A stretch of DNA of 64,000 nucleotides from Centroscyllium fabricii (Eukaryota). The position numbers and the translations under genes are program-made. The stretch covers positions 100,316,001-100,380,000 of the forward strand of contig JBNRSN020000002.1 of the NCBI GenBank assembly GCA_051313645.2, in the 5' to 3' direction. Positions 63,901-64,000 of this stretch are shown here, piece by piece. Every line of letters starts with the position of its first letter. Position 1 is the stretch's first letter. The notes under the pieces are model-generated. The model made no database searches, was not told where the DNA came from, and saw nothing but the letters and a program-made list of their open reading frames with translations.

Positions 63901-64000
63901 AATCTTTGTCATAATCATTTAGGATTTGTGCTTTCCAAAGCGATGTATGTATATTCTGGCAAGGGAGTTGTATGTATTTATATGAAAATCTGTCCAGCGT

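Overview
Eukaryotic DNA, very probably from a cartilaginous fish (shark-type HE1/V-SINE, Deu-domain SINE, CR1/HER1-type LINEs and Penelope ends). The only host gene visible is the 5' end of a CELF3-6 subfamily RNA-binding protein gene, most like CELF6 and close to CELF4. Coding exon 1 is 5766-6030 and exon 2 is 7973-8055; intron 2 runs off the window (>55 kb). The 5' region is CpG-rich and has a near-consensus REST/RE1 site and four perfect CRE palindromes. Intron 2 is densely filled with nested elements: CR1, L2 and Rex1 LINE pieces, several SINE families, PIF/Harbinger-type non-autonomous elements (two with Myb/SANT remnants), Tigger and hAT MITEs, a solo LTR, and Penelope-like ends carrying hammerhead ribozyme cores. 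The most notable structures are a 2.3 kb Harbinger-bounded composite carrying patchwork captured DNA, minimal hammerhead motifs, MITE insertions into the CR1 tail microsatellite, and TSD-flanked chimeric insertions. Family names come from recalled consensus features, not database searches. No prokaryote-type system (CRISPR etc.) is present.
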